DNA of 64,000 nt from Balanoglossus misakiensis (taxonomy: Eukaryota; Animalia; Hemichordata). The notes under the pieces are model-generated. The model was given only the letters and a program-made list of their open reading frames with translations, made no database searches and had not been told where the DNA came from. A program made the translations under genes and the position numbers. This document shows, piece by piece, positions 1 to 12,957 of the stretch. The stretch is from assembly GCA_040954595.2 (NCBI GenBank), contig CM082590.2, positions 11,470,655 through 11,534,654 of the forward strand, read 5' to 3'. Numbering within the stretch: position 1 is the stretch's first letter; every line of letters starts with the position of its first letter.

Positions 1-304
1 ATTTGCATTGCTTGTAATCAAAATTAGATTCCGTTCGTACTTGCAATCACAAGACCTGATAAAGACACCATTTTTGGTCAAAACAAACATTATTCATGCA
101 ATTTAGTTATTTTTTGTGGTGCTCTAAGTCTGAAGTAGGTCATTATGTGTACATAAATCTAAGGGAGAAAAATGTTGGAGCCTATACTAGGAAAAGTATT
201 GTTCCCTTGTACAAGTCTTCAGACTTTGTGATTAATTAAGGTTTACAATTGTTTGGAAAGCATAAATGTGGACAAATCTATTGTTGAAATGTTCCTCTTT
301 TCTA

Positions 305-371
305 CTGTGCTATGATGAATTCCCTTTATTTCCACCCAATGTGGAATACAAGAAGGGATTTTTGAGCACAG
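305..371 (+). ncRNA. Candidate box C/D-like (K-turn) hairpin RNA, one per spacer
   Basis: CTGTGC-T-ATGATGA ... TTGA-GCACAG: perfect 6-bp terminal stem, perfect C box, D box with one mismatch, self-paired interior. Confidence 0.3.
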
Positions 372-658
372 ATGTTAAATTTTTGATACCCTTAATGACA
401 TATGTCAGCACATCAGAGATATTAGGTCATTGTAGTATTCAAAAACTTAAAATGAAAGAAATGTAAAATGCTGATTGGTAGCTTGGTGTTGTGGGAGGGG
501 TGCATGGCACACTTGATGTCCAAGGTTGGTTTGTCTGGCAGTGATTAGATTTTCTCTGTGTAATATACGGAACACAAATGTAGTTGATTTTAGGAAGCAG
601 TAGAGGTAAACTTTCTGTAATTAATGCATGCTTAACAGCTCCTTGTAAGTTATTACAG

Positions 659-2216
659 ATTGCAGTTATCCCTAGATTGGATGGCGATGTCTGTATACCA
701 GAAAAACAAGTGGAAAGTGATATCCCGAGAGGTAAAATGTCGAATCAAGTGATTGGTGATTTTTAGCAAGATGAATTAATGAGTTGTTTGCTCCAACGAA
801 TTGAATCAGTATCCGCCGTAATATACTGACAACAAGTGTAATTGATTTTTAGCAAGCAGCAGGGTTTGACTCTGGAAAAACAATGCATGCTTAACAACTT
901 CTTGAAAGTTTTTACAGATTGCTGTTATTCCTGGACTTGATGTCGATGTCGGTATACCAGAAAAACAAGTGGAAAGTGATATCCCGAGAGGTAAAGTGTC
1001 GAATCAAGTGATTGGTGATTTTTAGCAAGATGAATTCATGAGTTGATTTGCTCCAACGAATTGAATCAGTATCCGCCGTAATATACTGACAACAAGTGTA
1101 GTTGATTTTTAGCAAGCAGCAGGGTTTGACTCTGGAAAAACAATGCATGCTTAACAACTTCTTGAAAGTTTTTACAGATTGCTGTTATTCCTGGACTTGA
1201 TGGCGATGTCTGTATACCAGAAAAAGAAGTGGAAAGTGATATCCCGAGAGGTGAAATGTCGAATCATGTGATTGGTGATTTTTAGCAAGATGAATTCATG
1301 AGTTGATTTGCTCCAACGAATTGAATCAGTATCCGCCGTAATATACTGACAACAAGTGTAGTTGATTTTTAGCAAGCAGTAGGGTTTGACTCTGGGAAAA
1401 CAATGCATGCTTAACAACTTCTTGAAAGTTTTTACAGATTGCTGTTATTCCTGGACTTGATGTCGATGTCGGTATACCAGAAAAACAAGTGGAAAGTGAT
1501 ATCCCGAGAGGTAAAATGTCGAATCAAGTGATTGTAGATTTTTAGCAAGATGAATTCATGAGTTGATTTGCTCCAACGAATTGAATCAGAATCCGCGGTA
1601 ATATACTGACAACATGTGTAGTTGATTTTTAGCAAGCAGCAGGGTTTGACTCTGGAAAAACAATGCATGCTTAACAACTTCTTGAAAGTTTTTACAGATT
1701 GCTGTTATTCCTGGACTTGATGTCGATGTCTGTATACCAGAAAAACAAGTGGAAAGTGATATCCCGAGAGGTAAAGTGTCGAATCAAGTGATTGGTGGTT
1801 TTAAGCAAGATGAAGTCATGAGTTGATTTGCTCCAACGAATTGAATCAGAATCCGCGGTAATATACTGACAACAAGTGTAGTTGATTTTTAGCAAGCAGC
1901 AGGGTTTGACTCTGGGAAAACAATGCATGTTTAACAACTTCTTGAAAGTTTTTACAGATTGCTGTTATTCCTGGACTTGATGTCGATGTCTGTATACCAG
2001 AAAAACAAGTGGAAAGTGATAACCCGAGAGGTTAAGTGTCAAATCAAGTGATTGTTGATTTTTAGCAAGATGAATTCATGAGTTGATTTTCTCCAACGAA
2101 TTGAATCAGTATCCGCGGTAATATATTGACAACAAGTCTAGTTGATTTTTAGCAAGCAGCAGGGTTTGACTCTGGGAAAACAATGCATGCTTAAAACTCC
2201 TTGTAAGTTTTTACAG
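659..2216 (+). repeat. 260-bp tandem array 1 (6 units)
   Basis: Unit start TTACAG|ATTGC at 659, 918, 1178, 1438, 1698, 1958. Confidence 0.96.
918..990 (+). other. Representative 73-nt exon-like segment of the 260-bp unit
   Basis: Preceded by CTTAAC (branch-like, A at -24) and TTTTTACAG; followed by GAG|GTAAAG. Reads IAVIPGLDVDVGIPEKQVESDIPR in phase 0. Splicing is inferred from motifs only. Confidence 0.45.
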
Positions 2217-2611
2217 ATTATTCTGGATTGAATGATGTCTGTATACCCGCGAAGAAGTGGAAAATGACTTTTATGTGGCAGTCGAAGGATCAACTATTTG
2301 TATACAATGCATGGCAACTGGAAACAGCTCCTTACAAGCTCTCCCAAGATGTGTTGAAGTCTACTGGTAAAGATGTGGAAAGTGATACTTAACTGGTGAG
2401 ATGTTGAATGGAAACATTATTGTACATGTCAGAACCCCCAAGAAATGTTTAGCTTTTGATTCAATTTTAATTCTGGTCAGAAATCTGTCTTTTCAGATGG
2501 TTGTTGTCTGTTGTTTGTCGGTCACTAAATGACAGAAAGTATTGGTCTGGTCTTGACATTTTTTCCTCTGGTTGTTTATTTATTACTGTTGTGAATTTAT
2601 TTCATATTTGT

Positions 2612-2682
2612 GGAGCAATTTTTTGTGATAAAATCCTCTTTCATTCCAATTATTGTGCCATATCACAGCGATGTTGTCTCAG
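2612..2682 (+). ncRNA. Candidate miR-2-seed hairpin, one per spacer
   Basis: 3' arm TATCACAGCG at 2661 pairs with TGTGATA at 2624-2630; loop is 30 nt and the outer stem is imperfect. Confidence 0.2.
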
Positions 2683-3028
2683 CTGTTGGGTCCGTTATTC
2701 AGAATTTAATTATACAAGTGAAAATGTTATGGTATTTGTGTTCTCCCACCTCAGAAAACTCAAAACTTTTTGTCAATTCAAGAGAGCAAGTTAAGAACTA
2801 ACAATTAGACACAAACTGTCAATTTTTTATTGAAAAAGAACTATCTTCACAATATTTCTCAAATTAAACAAATTTCTGATTAAAGTAAATGTTTTGCATA
2901 ATATTTCAAGTGAAAGCAAATTGATTTCTTTTCCGACTTCTAGCTGAATTATGCCTAAGGGCTTTAATGTCACTTGGGGATTTTTATTGAATGATATACA
3001 TGTACACATCAAATTTTCAGCAAGCCAG

Positions 3029-3241
3029 CCTGGAGATCAGTGGATACCCACATAGCTCATTTTCATCCATTACACTGCGCGTGTGCACTTCACATCATCA
3101 TTTAGTTAATTTTTTTGTGGGTCCAGTGATCTTCAGGAGAATACCCTTTCAGCCTAATTGTAAGCATAATATTAATCAATATACTAACATCCATGACAAC
3201 TAACATAGTAGTATAAGTAGTATTTAGGCTGAAAAGGTATT
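3029..3241. other. Two back-to-back long inverted repeats in the spacer
   Basis: Arms 3029-3052/3116-3137 (about 21 bp paired) and 3140-3157/3224-3241 (17 of 18 paired), separated by 2 nt. Confidence 0.85.
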
Positions 3242-4003
3242 TGGCAGTAGCTGATGGGATGTGGGCAATTTTAAAACTTTTTAAATCAAACTGTAAATAG
3301 TGACAAATTTGGTCAACCATGCAGTTGATAAACTCAATGGAATTTATTTGCATTGCTTGTAATCAAAATTAGATTCAGTTCGTACTTGCTCTCACAAGAC
3401 CTGATAAAGACACCATTTTTGGTCAAAACAAACATTATTCATGCAATTTAGTTATTTTTTGTGGTGCTCTAAGTCTGAAGTAGGTCATTATGTGTACATA
3501 AATCTAAGGGAGAAAAATGTTGGAGCCTATACTAGGAAAAGTATTGTTCCCTTGTACAAGTCTTCAGACTTTGTGATTAATTAAGGTTTACAATTGTTTG
3601 GAAAGCATAAATGTGGACAAATCTATTGTTGAAATGTTCCTCTTTTCTACTGTGCTATGATGAATTCCCTTTATTTCCACCCAATGTGGAATACAAGAAG
3701 GGATTTTTGAGCACAGATGTTAAATTTTTGATACCCTTAATGACATATGTCAGCACATCAGAGATATTAGGTCATTGTAGTATTCAAAAACTTAAAATGA
3801 AAGAAATGTAAAATGCTGATTGGTAGCTTGGTGTTGTGGGAGGGGTGCTTGGCACACTTGATGTCCAAGGTTGGTTTGTCTGGCAGTGATTAGATTTTCT
3901 CTGTGTAATATACGGAACACAAATGTAGTTGATTTTAGGAAGCAGTAGAGGTAAACTTTCTGTAATTAATGCATGCTTAACAGCTCCTTGTAAGTTATTA
4001 CAG

Positions 4004-6004
4004 ATTGCAGTTATCCCTAGATTGGATGGCGATGTCTGTATACCAGAAAAACAAGTGGAAAGTGATATCCCGAGAGGTAAAATGTCGAATCAAGTGATTG
4101 GTGATTTTTAGCAAGATGAATTCATGAGTTGATTTGCTCCAACGAATTGAATCAGTATCCGCCGTAATATACTGACAACAAGTGTAGTTGATTTTTAGCA
4201 AGCAGCAGGGTTTGACTCTGGAAAAACAATGCATGCTTAACAACTTCTTGAAAGTTTTTACAGATTGCTGTTATTCCTGGACTTGATGTCGATGTCTGTA
4301 TACCAGAAAAACAAGTGGAAAGTGATATCCCGAGAGGTAAAGTGTCGAATCAAGTGATTGGTGGTTTTAAGCAAGATGAAGTCATGAGTTGATTTGCTCC
4401 AACGAATTGAATCAGAATCCGCGGTAATATACTGACAACATGTGTAGTTGATTTTTAGCAAGCAGCAGGGTTTGACTCTGGAAAAACAATGCATGCTTAA
4501 CAACTTCTTGAAAGTTTTTACAGATTGCTGTTATTCCTGGACTTGATGTCGATGTCTGTATACCAGAAAAACAAGTGGAAAGTGATATCCCGAGAGGTAA
4601 AATGTCGAATATACTGACAACAAGTGTAGTTGATTTTTAGCAAGCAGCAGGGTTTGACTCTGGGAAAACAATGCATGCTTAACAACTTCTTGAAAGTTTT
4701 TACAGATTGCTGTTATTCCTGGACTTGATGCCGATGTCTGTATACCAGAAAAACAAGTGGAAAGTGATATCCCGAGAGGTAAAATGTCGAATCAAGTGAT
4801 TGGTGATTTTTAGCAAGATGAATTAATGAGTTGATTTGCTCCAACGAATTGAATCAGTATCCGCCGTAATATACTGACAACAAGTGTAGTTGATTTTTAG
4901 CAAGCAGCAGGGTTTGACTCTGGGAAAACAATGCATGCTTAACAACTTCTTGAAAGTTTTTACAGATTGCTGTTATTCCTGGACTTGATGCCGATGTCTG
5001 TATACCAGAAAAACAAGTGGAAAGTGATATCCCGTGAGGTTAAGTGTCAAATCAAGTGATTGTTGATTTTTAGCAAGATGAATTCATGAGTTGATTGTCT
5101 CCAACGAATTGAATCAGTATCCGCGGTAATATACTGACAACAAGTGTAGTTGATTTTTAGCAAGCAGCAGGGTTTGACTCTGGGAAAACAATGCATGCTT
5201 AACAACTTCTTGAAAGTTTTTACAGATTGCTGTTATTCCTGGACTTGATGCCGATGTCTGTATACCAGAAAAACAAGTGGAAAGTGATATCCCGAGAGGT
5301 TAAGTGTCGAATCAAGTGATTGTTGATTTTTAGCAAGATGAATTCATGAGTTGATTTTCTCCAACAAATTGAATCAGAATCCGCGGTAATATACTGACAA
5401 CATGTGTAGTTGATTTTTAGCAAGCAGCAGAGTTTGACTCTGGAAAAACAATGCATGCTTAACAACTTCTTGAAAGTTTTTACAGATTGCTGTTATTCCT
5501 GGACTTGATGTCGATGTCGGTATACCAGAAAAACAAGTGGAAAGTGATATCCCGAGAGGTAAAATGTCGAATCAAGTGATTGGTGATTTTTAGCAAGATG
5601 AATTCATGAGTTGATTTTCTCCAACAAATTGAATCAGAATCCGCGGTAATACACTGACAACATGTCTACTTGATTTTTAGCAAGCAGCAGTATTTGACTC
5701 TGGAAAAACAATGCATGCTTAACAACTTCTTGAAAGTTTTTACAGATTGCTGTTATTCCTGGACTTGATGTCGATGTCGGTATACCAGAAAAACAAGTGG
5801 AAAGTGATAACCCGAGAGGTTAAGTGTCAAATCAAGTGATTGTTGATTTTTAGCAAGATGAATTCATGAGTTGATTGTCTCCAACGAATTGAATCAGTAT
5901 CCGCGGTAATATACTGACAACAAGTGTAGTTGATTTTTAGCAAGCAGCAGGGTTTGACTCTGGGAAAACAATGCATGCTTAAAACTCCTTGTAAGTTTTT
6001 ACAG
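4004..6004 (+). repeat. 260-bp tandem array 2 (8 units, one with a 78-bp deletion)
   Basis: 260-bp periodicity; deletion junction GTCGAAT|ATACTGAC at ~4610. Confidence 0.95.
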
Positions 6005-7791
6005 ATTATTCTGGATTGAATGATGTCTGTATACCCGCGAAGAAGTGGAAAATGACTTTTGTGTAGCAGTCGAAGGATCAACTATTTGTATACAATGCAT
6101 GGCAACTGGAAACATCTCCTTACAAGCTCTCCCAAGATGTGTTGAAGTCTACTGGTAAAGATGTGGAAAGTGATACTTAACTGGTGAGATGTTGAATGGA
6201 AACATTATTGTACATGTCAGAACCCCCAAGAAATGTTTAGCTTTTGATTCAATTTTAATTCTGGTCAGAAATCTGTCTTTTCAGATGGTTGTTGTCTGTT
6301 GTTTGTCGGTCACTAAATGACAGAAAGTATTGGTCTGGTCTTGACATTTTTTCCTCTGGTTGTTTATTTATTACTGTTGTGAATTTATTTCATATTTGTG
6401 GAGCAATTTTTTGTGATAAAATCCTCTTTCATTCCAATTATTGTGCCATATCACAGCGATGTTGTCTCAGCTGTTGTGTCCGTTATTCAGAATTTAATTA
6501 TACAAGTGAAAATGTTATGGTATTTGTGTTCTCCCACCTCAGAAAACTCAAAACTTTTTGTCAATTCAAGAGAGCAAGTTAAGAACTAACAATTAGACAC
6601 AAACTGTCAATTTTTTATTGAAAAAGAACTATCTTCACAATATTTCTCAAATTAAACAAACTTCTGATTAAAATAAATATTTTGCATAATATTTCAAGTG
6701 AAAGCAAATTGATTTCTTTTCCGACTTCTAGCTGAATTATGCCTAAGGGCTTTAATGTCACTTGGGGATTTTTATTGAATGATATACATGTACACATCAA
6801 ATTTTCAGCAAGCCAGCCTGGAGATCAGTGGATACCCACATAGCTCATTTTCATCCATTACACTGCGCGTGTGCACTTCACATCATCATTTAGTTAATTT
6901 TTTTGTGGGTCCAGTGATCTTCAGGAGAATACCCTTTCAGCCTAATTGTAAGCATAATATTAATCAATATACTAACATCCATGACAACTAACATAGTAGT
7001 ATAAGTAGTATTTAGGCTGAAAAGGTATTTGGCAGTAGCTGATGGGATGTGGGCAATTTTAAAACTTTTTAAATCAAACTGTAAATAGTGATAAATTTGG
7101 TCAACCATGCAGTTGATAAACTCAATGGAATTTATTTACATTGCTTGTAATCAAAATTAGATTCCGTTCGTACTTGCTCTCACAAGACCTGATAAAGACA
7201 CCATTTTTGGTCAAAACAAACATTATTCATGCAATTTAGTTATTTTTTGTGGTGCTCTAAGTCTGAAGTAGGTCATTATGTGTACATAAATCTAAGGGAG
7301 AAAAATGTTGGAGCCTATACTAGGAAAAGTATTGTTCCCTTGTACAAGTCTTCAGACTTTGTGATTAATTAAGGTTTACAATTGTTTGGAAAGCATAAAT
7401 GTGGACAAATCTATTGTTGAAATGTTCCTCTTTTCTACTGTGCTATGATGAATTCCCTTTATTTCCACCCAATGTGGAATACAAGAAGGGATTTTTGAGC
7501 ACAGATGTTAAATTTTTGATACCCTTAATGACATATGTCAGCACATCAGAGATATTAGGTCATTGTAGTATTCAAAAACTTAAAATGAAAGAAATGTAAA
7601 ATGCTGATTGGTAGCTTGGTGTTGTGGGAGGGGTGCATGGCACACTTGATGTCCAAGGTTGGTTTGTCTGGCAGTGATTAGATTTTCTCTGTGTAATATA
7701 CGGAACACAAATGTAGTTGATTTTAGGAAGCATTAGAGGTAAACTTTCTGTAATTAATGCATGCTTAACAGCTCCTTGTAAGTTATTACAG

Positions 7792-10700
7792 ATTGCAGTT
7801 ATCCCTAGATTGGATGCCGATGTCTGTATACCAGAAAAACAAGTGGAAAGTGATATCCCGAGAGGTAAAATGTCGAATCAAGTGATTGGTGATTTTTAGC
7901 AAGATGAATTAATGAGTTGATTTTCTCCAACAAATTGAATCAGAATCCGCGGTAATATACTGACAACATGTGTAGTTGATTTTTAGCAAGCAGCAGAGTT
8001 TGAGTCTGGAAAAACAATGCATGCTTAACAACTTCTTGAAAGTTTTTACAGATTGCTGTTATTCCTGGACTTGATGTCGATGTCTGTATACCAGAAAAAC
8101 AAGTGGAAAGTGATATCCCGTGAGGTTAAGTGTCAAATCAAGTGATTGTTGATTTTTAGCAAGATGAATTAATGAGCTGATTTGCTCCAACGAATTGAAT
8201 CAGTATCCGCCGTAATATACTGACAACAAGTGTAGTTGATTTTTAGCAAGCAGCGGGGTTTGACTCTGGGAAAACAATGCATGCTAAACAACTTCTTGAA
8301 AGTTTTTACAGATAGCTGTTATTCCTGGACTTGATGTCGATGTCTGTATACCAGAAAATCAAATGGAAAGTGATATCGCGAGAGGTAAAGTGTCGAATCA
8401 AGTGATTGGTGATTTTTAGCAAGATGAATTCATGAGTTGATTTTCTCCAACAAATTGAATCAGTATCCGCCGTAATATACTGACATTAAGTGTAGTTGAT
8501 TTTTAGCAAGCAGCAGGGTTTGACTCTGGAAAAACAATGCATGCTAAACAACTTCTTGAAAGTTTTTACAGATAGCTGTTATTCCTGGACTTGATGTCGA
8601 TGTCTGTATACCAGAAAATCAAGTGGAAAGTGATATCGCGAGAGGTAAAGTGTCGAATCAAGTGATTGGTGATTTTTAGCAAGATGAATTCATGAGTTGA
8701 TTTTCTCCAACAAATTGAATCAGTATCCGCCGTAATATACTGACATTAAGTGTAGTTGATTTTTAGCAAGCAGCAGGGTTTGACTCTGGAAAAACAATGC
8801 ATGCTAAACAACTTCTTGAAAGTTTTTACAGATAGCTGTTATTCCTGGACTTGATGTCGATGTCTGTATACCAGAAAATCAAGTGGAAAGTGATATCGCG
8901 AGAGGTAAAGTGTCGAATCAAGTGATTGGTGATTTTTAGCAAGATGAATTCATGAGTTGATTTTCTCCAACAAATTGAATCAGAATCCGCGGTAATATAC
9001 TGACAACATGTGTAGTTGATTTTTAGCAAGCAGCAGAGTTTGACTCTGGAAAAACAATGCATGCTTAACAACTTCTTGAAAGTTTTTACAGATTGCTGTT
9101 ATTCCTGGACTTGATGGCGATGTCTGTATACCAGAAAAAGAAGTGGAAAGTGATATCCCGAGAGGTAAAATGTCGAATCAAGTGATTGGTGATTTTTAGC
9201 AAGATGAATTCATGAGTTGATTTGCTCCAACGAATTGAATCAGTATCCGCCGTAATATACTGACAACAAGTGTAGTTGATTTTTAGCAAGCAGCAGGGTT
9301 TGACTCTGGGAAAACAATGCATGCTTAACAACTTCTTGAAAGTTTTTACAGATTGCTGTTATTCCTGGACTTGATGTCGATGTCTGTATACCAGAAAAAC
9401 AAGTGGAAAGTGATATCCCGAGAGGTAAAATGTCGAATCAAGTGATTGGTGATTTTTAGCAAGATGAATTCATGAGTTGATTTTCTCCAACAAATTGAAT
9501 CAGAATCCGCCGTAATATACTGACAACAAGTCTACTTGATTTTTAGCAAGCAGCAGGGTTTGACTCTGGAAAAACAATGCATGCTTAACAACTTCTTGAA
9601 AGTTTTTACAGATTGCTGTTATTCCTGGACTTGATGTCGATGTCTGTATACCAGAAAAACAAGTGGAAAGTGATATCGCGAGAGGTAAAGTGTCGAATCA
9701 AGTGATTGGTGATTTTTAGCAAGATGAATTCATGAGTTGATTTTCTCCAACAAATTGAATCAGAATCCGCGGTAATATACTGACAACATGTGTAGTTGAT
9801 TTTTAGCAAGCAGCAGGATTTGACTCTGGAAAAACAATGCATGCTTAACAACTTCTTGAAAGTTTTTACAGATTGCTGTTATTCCTGGACTTGATGTCGA
9901 TGTCGGTATACCAGAAAAACAAGTGGAAAGTGATAACCCGAGAGGTTAAGTGTCAAATCAAGTGATTGTTGATTTTTAGCAAGATGAATTCATGAGTTGA
10001 TTTTCTCCAACGAATTGAATCAGTATCCGCGGTAATATACTGACAACAAGTGTAGTTGATTTTTAGCAAGCAGCAGGATTTGACTCTGGAAAAACAATGC
10101 ATGCTTAACAACTTCTTGAAAGTTTTTACAGATTGCTGTTATTCCTGGACTTGATGTCGATGTCGGTATACCAGAAAAACAAGTGGAAAGTGATAACCCG
10201 AGAGGTTAAGTGTCAAATCAAGTGATTGTTGATTTTTAGCAAGATGAATTCATGAGTTGATTTTCTCCAACGAATTGAATCAGTATCCGCGGTAATATAC
10301 TGACAACAAGTGTAGTTGATTTTTAGCAAGCAGCAGGATTTGACTCTGGAAAAACAATGCATGCTTAACAACTTCTTGAAAGTTTTTACAGATTGCTGTT
10401 ATTCCTGGACTTGATGTCGATGTCGGTATACCAGAAAAACAAGTGGAAAGTGATAACCCGAGAGGTTAAGTGTCAAATCAAGTGATTGTTGATTTTTAGC
10501 AAGATGAATTCATGAGTTGATTGTCTCCAACGAATTGAATCAGTATCCGCGGTAATATACTGACAACAAGTGTAGTTGATTTTTAGCAAGCAGCAGGATT
10601 TGACTCTGGAAAAACAATGCATGCTTAACAACTTCTTGAAAGTTTTTACAGATTGCTGTTATTCCTGGACTTGATGTCGATGTCGGTATACCAGAAAAAC

Positions 10701-11170
10701 AAGTGGAAAGTGATAACCCGAGAGGTTAAGTGTCAAATCAAGTGATTGGTGATTTTTAGCAAGATGAATTCATGAGTTGATTTTCTCCAACAAATTGAAT
10801 CAGAATCCGCGGTAATATACTGACAACATGTGTAGTTGATTTTTAGCAAGCAGCAGGATTTGACTCTGGAAAAACAATGCATGCTTAACAACTTCTTGAA
10901 AGTTTTTACAGATTGCTGTTATTCCTGGACTTGATGTCGATGTCGGTATACCAGAAAAACAAGTGGAAAGTGATAACCCGAGAGGTTAAGTGTCAAATCA
11001 AGTGATTGTTGATTTTTAGCAAGATGAATTCATGAGTTGATTGTCTCCAACGAATTGAATCAGTATCCGCGGTAATATACTGACAACAAGTGTAGTTGAT
11101 TTTTAGCAAGCAGCAGGGTTTGACTCTGGGAAAACAATGCATGCTTAAAACTCCTTGTAAGTTTTTACAG
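7792..11170 (+). repeat. 260-bp tandem array 3 (13 units)
   Basis: Period 5166 = 1786 + 13x260. Confidence 0.95.
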
Positions 11171-12957
11171 ATTATTCTGGATTGAATGATGTCTGTATAC
11201 CCGCGAAGAAGTGGAAAATGACTTTTGTGTAGCAGTCGAAGGATCAACTATTTGTATACAATGCATGGCAACTGGAAACAGCTCCTTACAAGCTCTCCCA
11301 AGATGTGTTGAAGTCTACTAGTAAAGATGTGGAAAGTGATACTTAACTGGTGAGATGTTGAATGAAAACATTATTGTACATGTCAGAACCCCCAAGAAAT
11401 GTTTAGCTTTTGATTCAATTTTAATTCTGGTCAGAAATCTGTCTTTTCAGATGGTTGTTGTCTGTTGTTTGTCGGTCACTAAATGACAGAAAGTATTGGT
11501 CTGGTCTTGACATTTTTTCCTCTGGGTGTTTATTTATTACTGTTGTGAATTTATTTTATATTTGTGGAGCAATTTTTTGTGATAAAATCCTCTTTCATTC
11601 CAATTATTGTGCCATATCACAGCGATGTTGTCTCAGCTGTTGTGTCCGTTATTCAGAATTTAATTATACAAGTGAAAATGTTATGGTATTTGTGTTCTCC
11701 CACCACAGAAAACTCAAAACTTTTTGTCAATTCAAGAGAGCAAGTTAAGAACTAACAATTAGACACAAACTGTCAATTTTTTATTGAAAAAGAACTATCT
11801 TCACAATATTTCTCAAATTAAACAAACTTCTGATTAAAATAAATATTTTGCATAATATTTCAAGTGAAAGCAAATTGATTTCTTTTCCGACTTCTAGCTG
11901 AATTATGCCTAAGGGCTTTAATGTCACTTGGGGATTTTTATTGAATGATATACATGTACACATCAAATTTTCAGCAAGCCAGCCTGGAGATCAGTGGATA
12001 CCCACATAGCTCATTTTCATCCATTACACTGCGCGTGTGCACTTCACATCATCATTTAGTTAATTTTTTTGTGGGTCCAGTGATCTCCAGGAGAATACCC
12101 TTTCAGCCTAATTGTAAGCATAATATTAATCAATATACTAACATACATGACAACTAACATAGTAGTATAAGTAGTATTTAGGCTGAAAAGGTATTTGGCA
12201 GTAGCTGATGGGATATGGGCAATTTTAAAACTTTTTAAATCAAACTGTAAATAGTGACAAATTTGGTCAACCATGCAGTTGATAAACTCAATGGAATTTA
12301 TTTACATTGCTTGTAATCAAAATTAGATTCAGTTCGTACTTGCTCTCACAAGACCTGGTAAAGACACCATTTTTGGTCAAAACAAACATTATTCATGCAA
12401 TTTAGTTATTTTTCGTGGTGCTCTAAGTCTGAAGTAGGTCATTATGTGTACATAAATCTAAGGGAGAAAAATGTTGGAGCCTATACTAGGAAAAGTATTG
12501 TTCCCTTGTACAAGTCTTCAGACTTTGTGATTAATTAAGGTTTACAATTGTTTGGAAAGCATAAATGTGGACAAATCTATTGTTGAAATGTTCCTCTTTT
12601 CTACTGTGCTATGATGAATTCCCTTTATTTCCACCCAATGTGGAATACAAGAAGGGATTTTTGAGCACAGATGTTAAATTTTTGATACCCTTAATGACAT
12701 ATGTCAGCACATCAGAGATATTAGGTCATTGTAGTATTCAAAAACTTAAAATGAAAGAAATATAAAATGCTGATTGGTAGCTTGGTGTTGTGGGAGGGGT
12801 GCATGGCACACTTGATGTCCAAGGTTGGTTTGTCTGGCAGTGATTAGATTTTCTCTGTGTAATATACGGAACACAAATGTAGTTGATTTTAGGAAGCAGT
12901 AGAGGTAAACTTTCTGTAATTAATGCATGCTTAACAGCTCCTTGTAAGTTATTACAG

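Noticed and set aside
536-557. miR-34/449-like seed TGGCAGTG
   Set aside because: I found no complementary arm to form a precursor; an 8-mer match is expected by chance.
1027-1089. C/D snoRNA inside the intron-like part of the 260-bp unit (AAGATGA ... CTGA, 88 nt before the acceptor)
   Set aside because: The position is suggestive but the C box is imperfect, there is no terminal stem, and the CTGA is tied up in a local TCAGTAT/ATACTGA hairpin.
1593-1603. CCGCGGTAATA matching the conserved SSU rRNA 530 region
   Set aside because: Only 11 nt, sense orientation, polymorphic among units (CCGCCGTAATA), and no flanking rRNA similarity.
2217-4003. Spacer as a Helitron/Helentron end-to-end junction
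   Set aside because: CTAG motifs exist but have no GC-rich subterminal hairpin at the expected distance, and I could not define termini. Left as an open alternative, not annotated.
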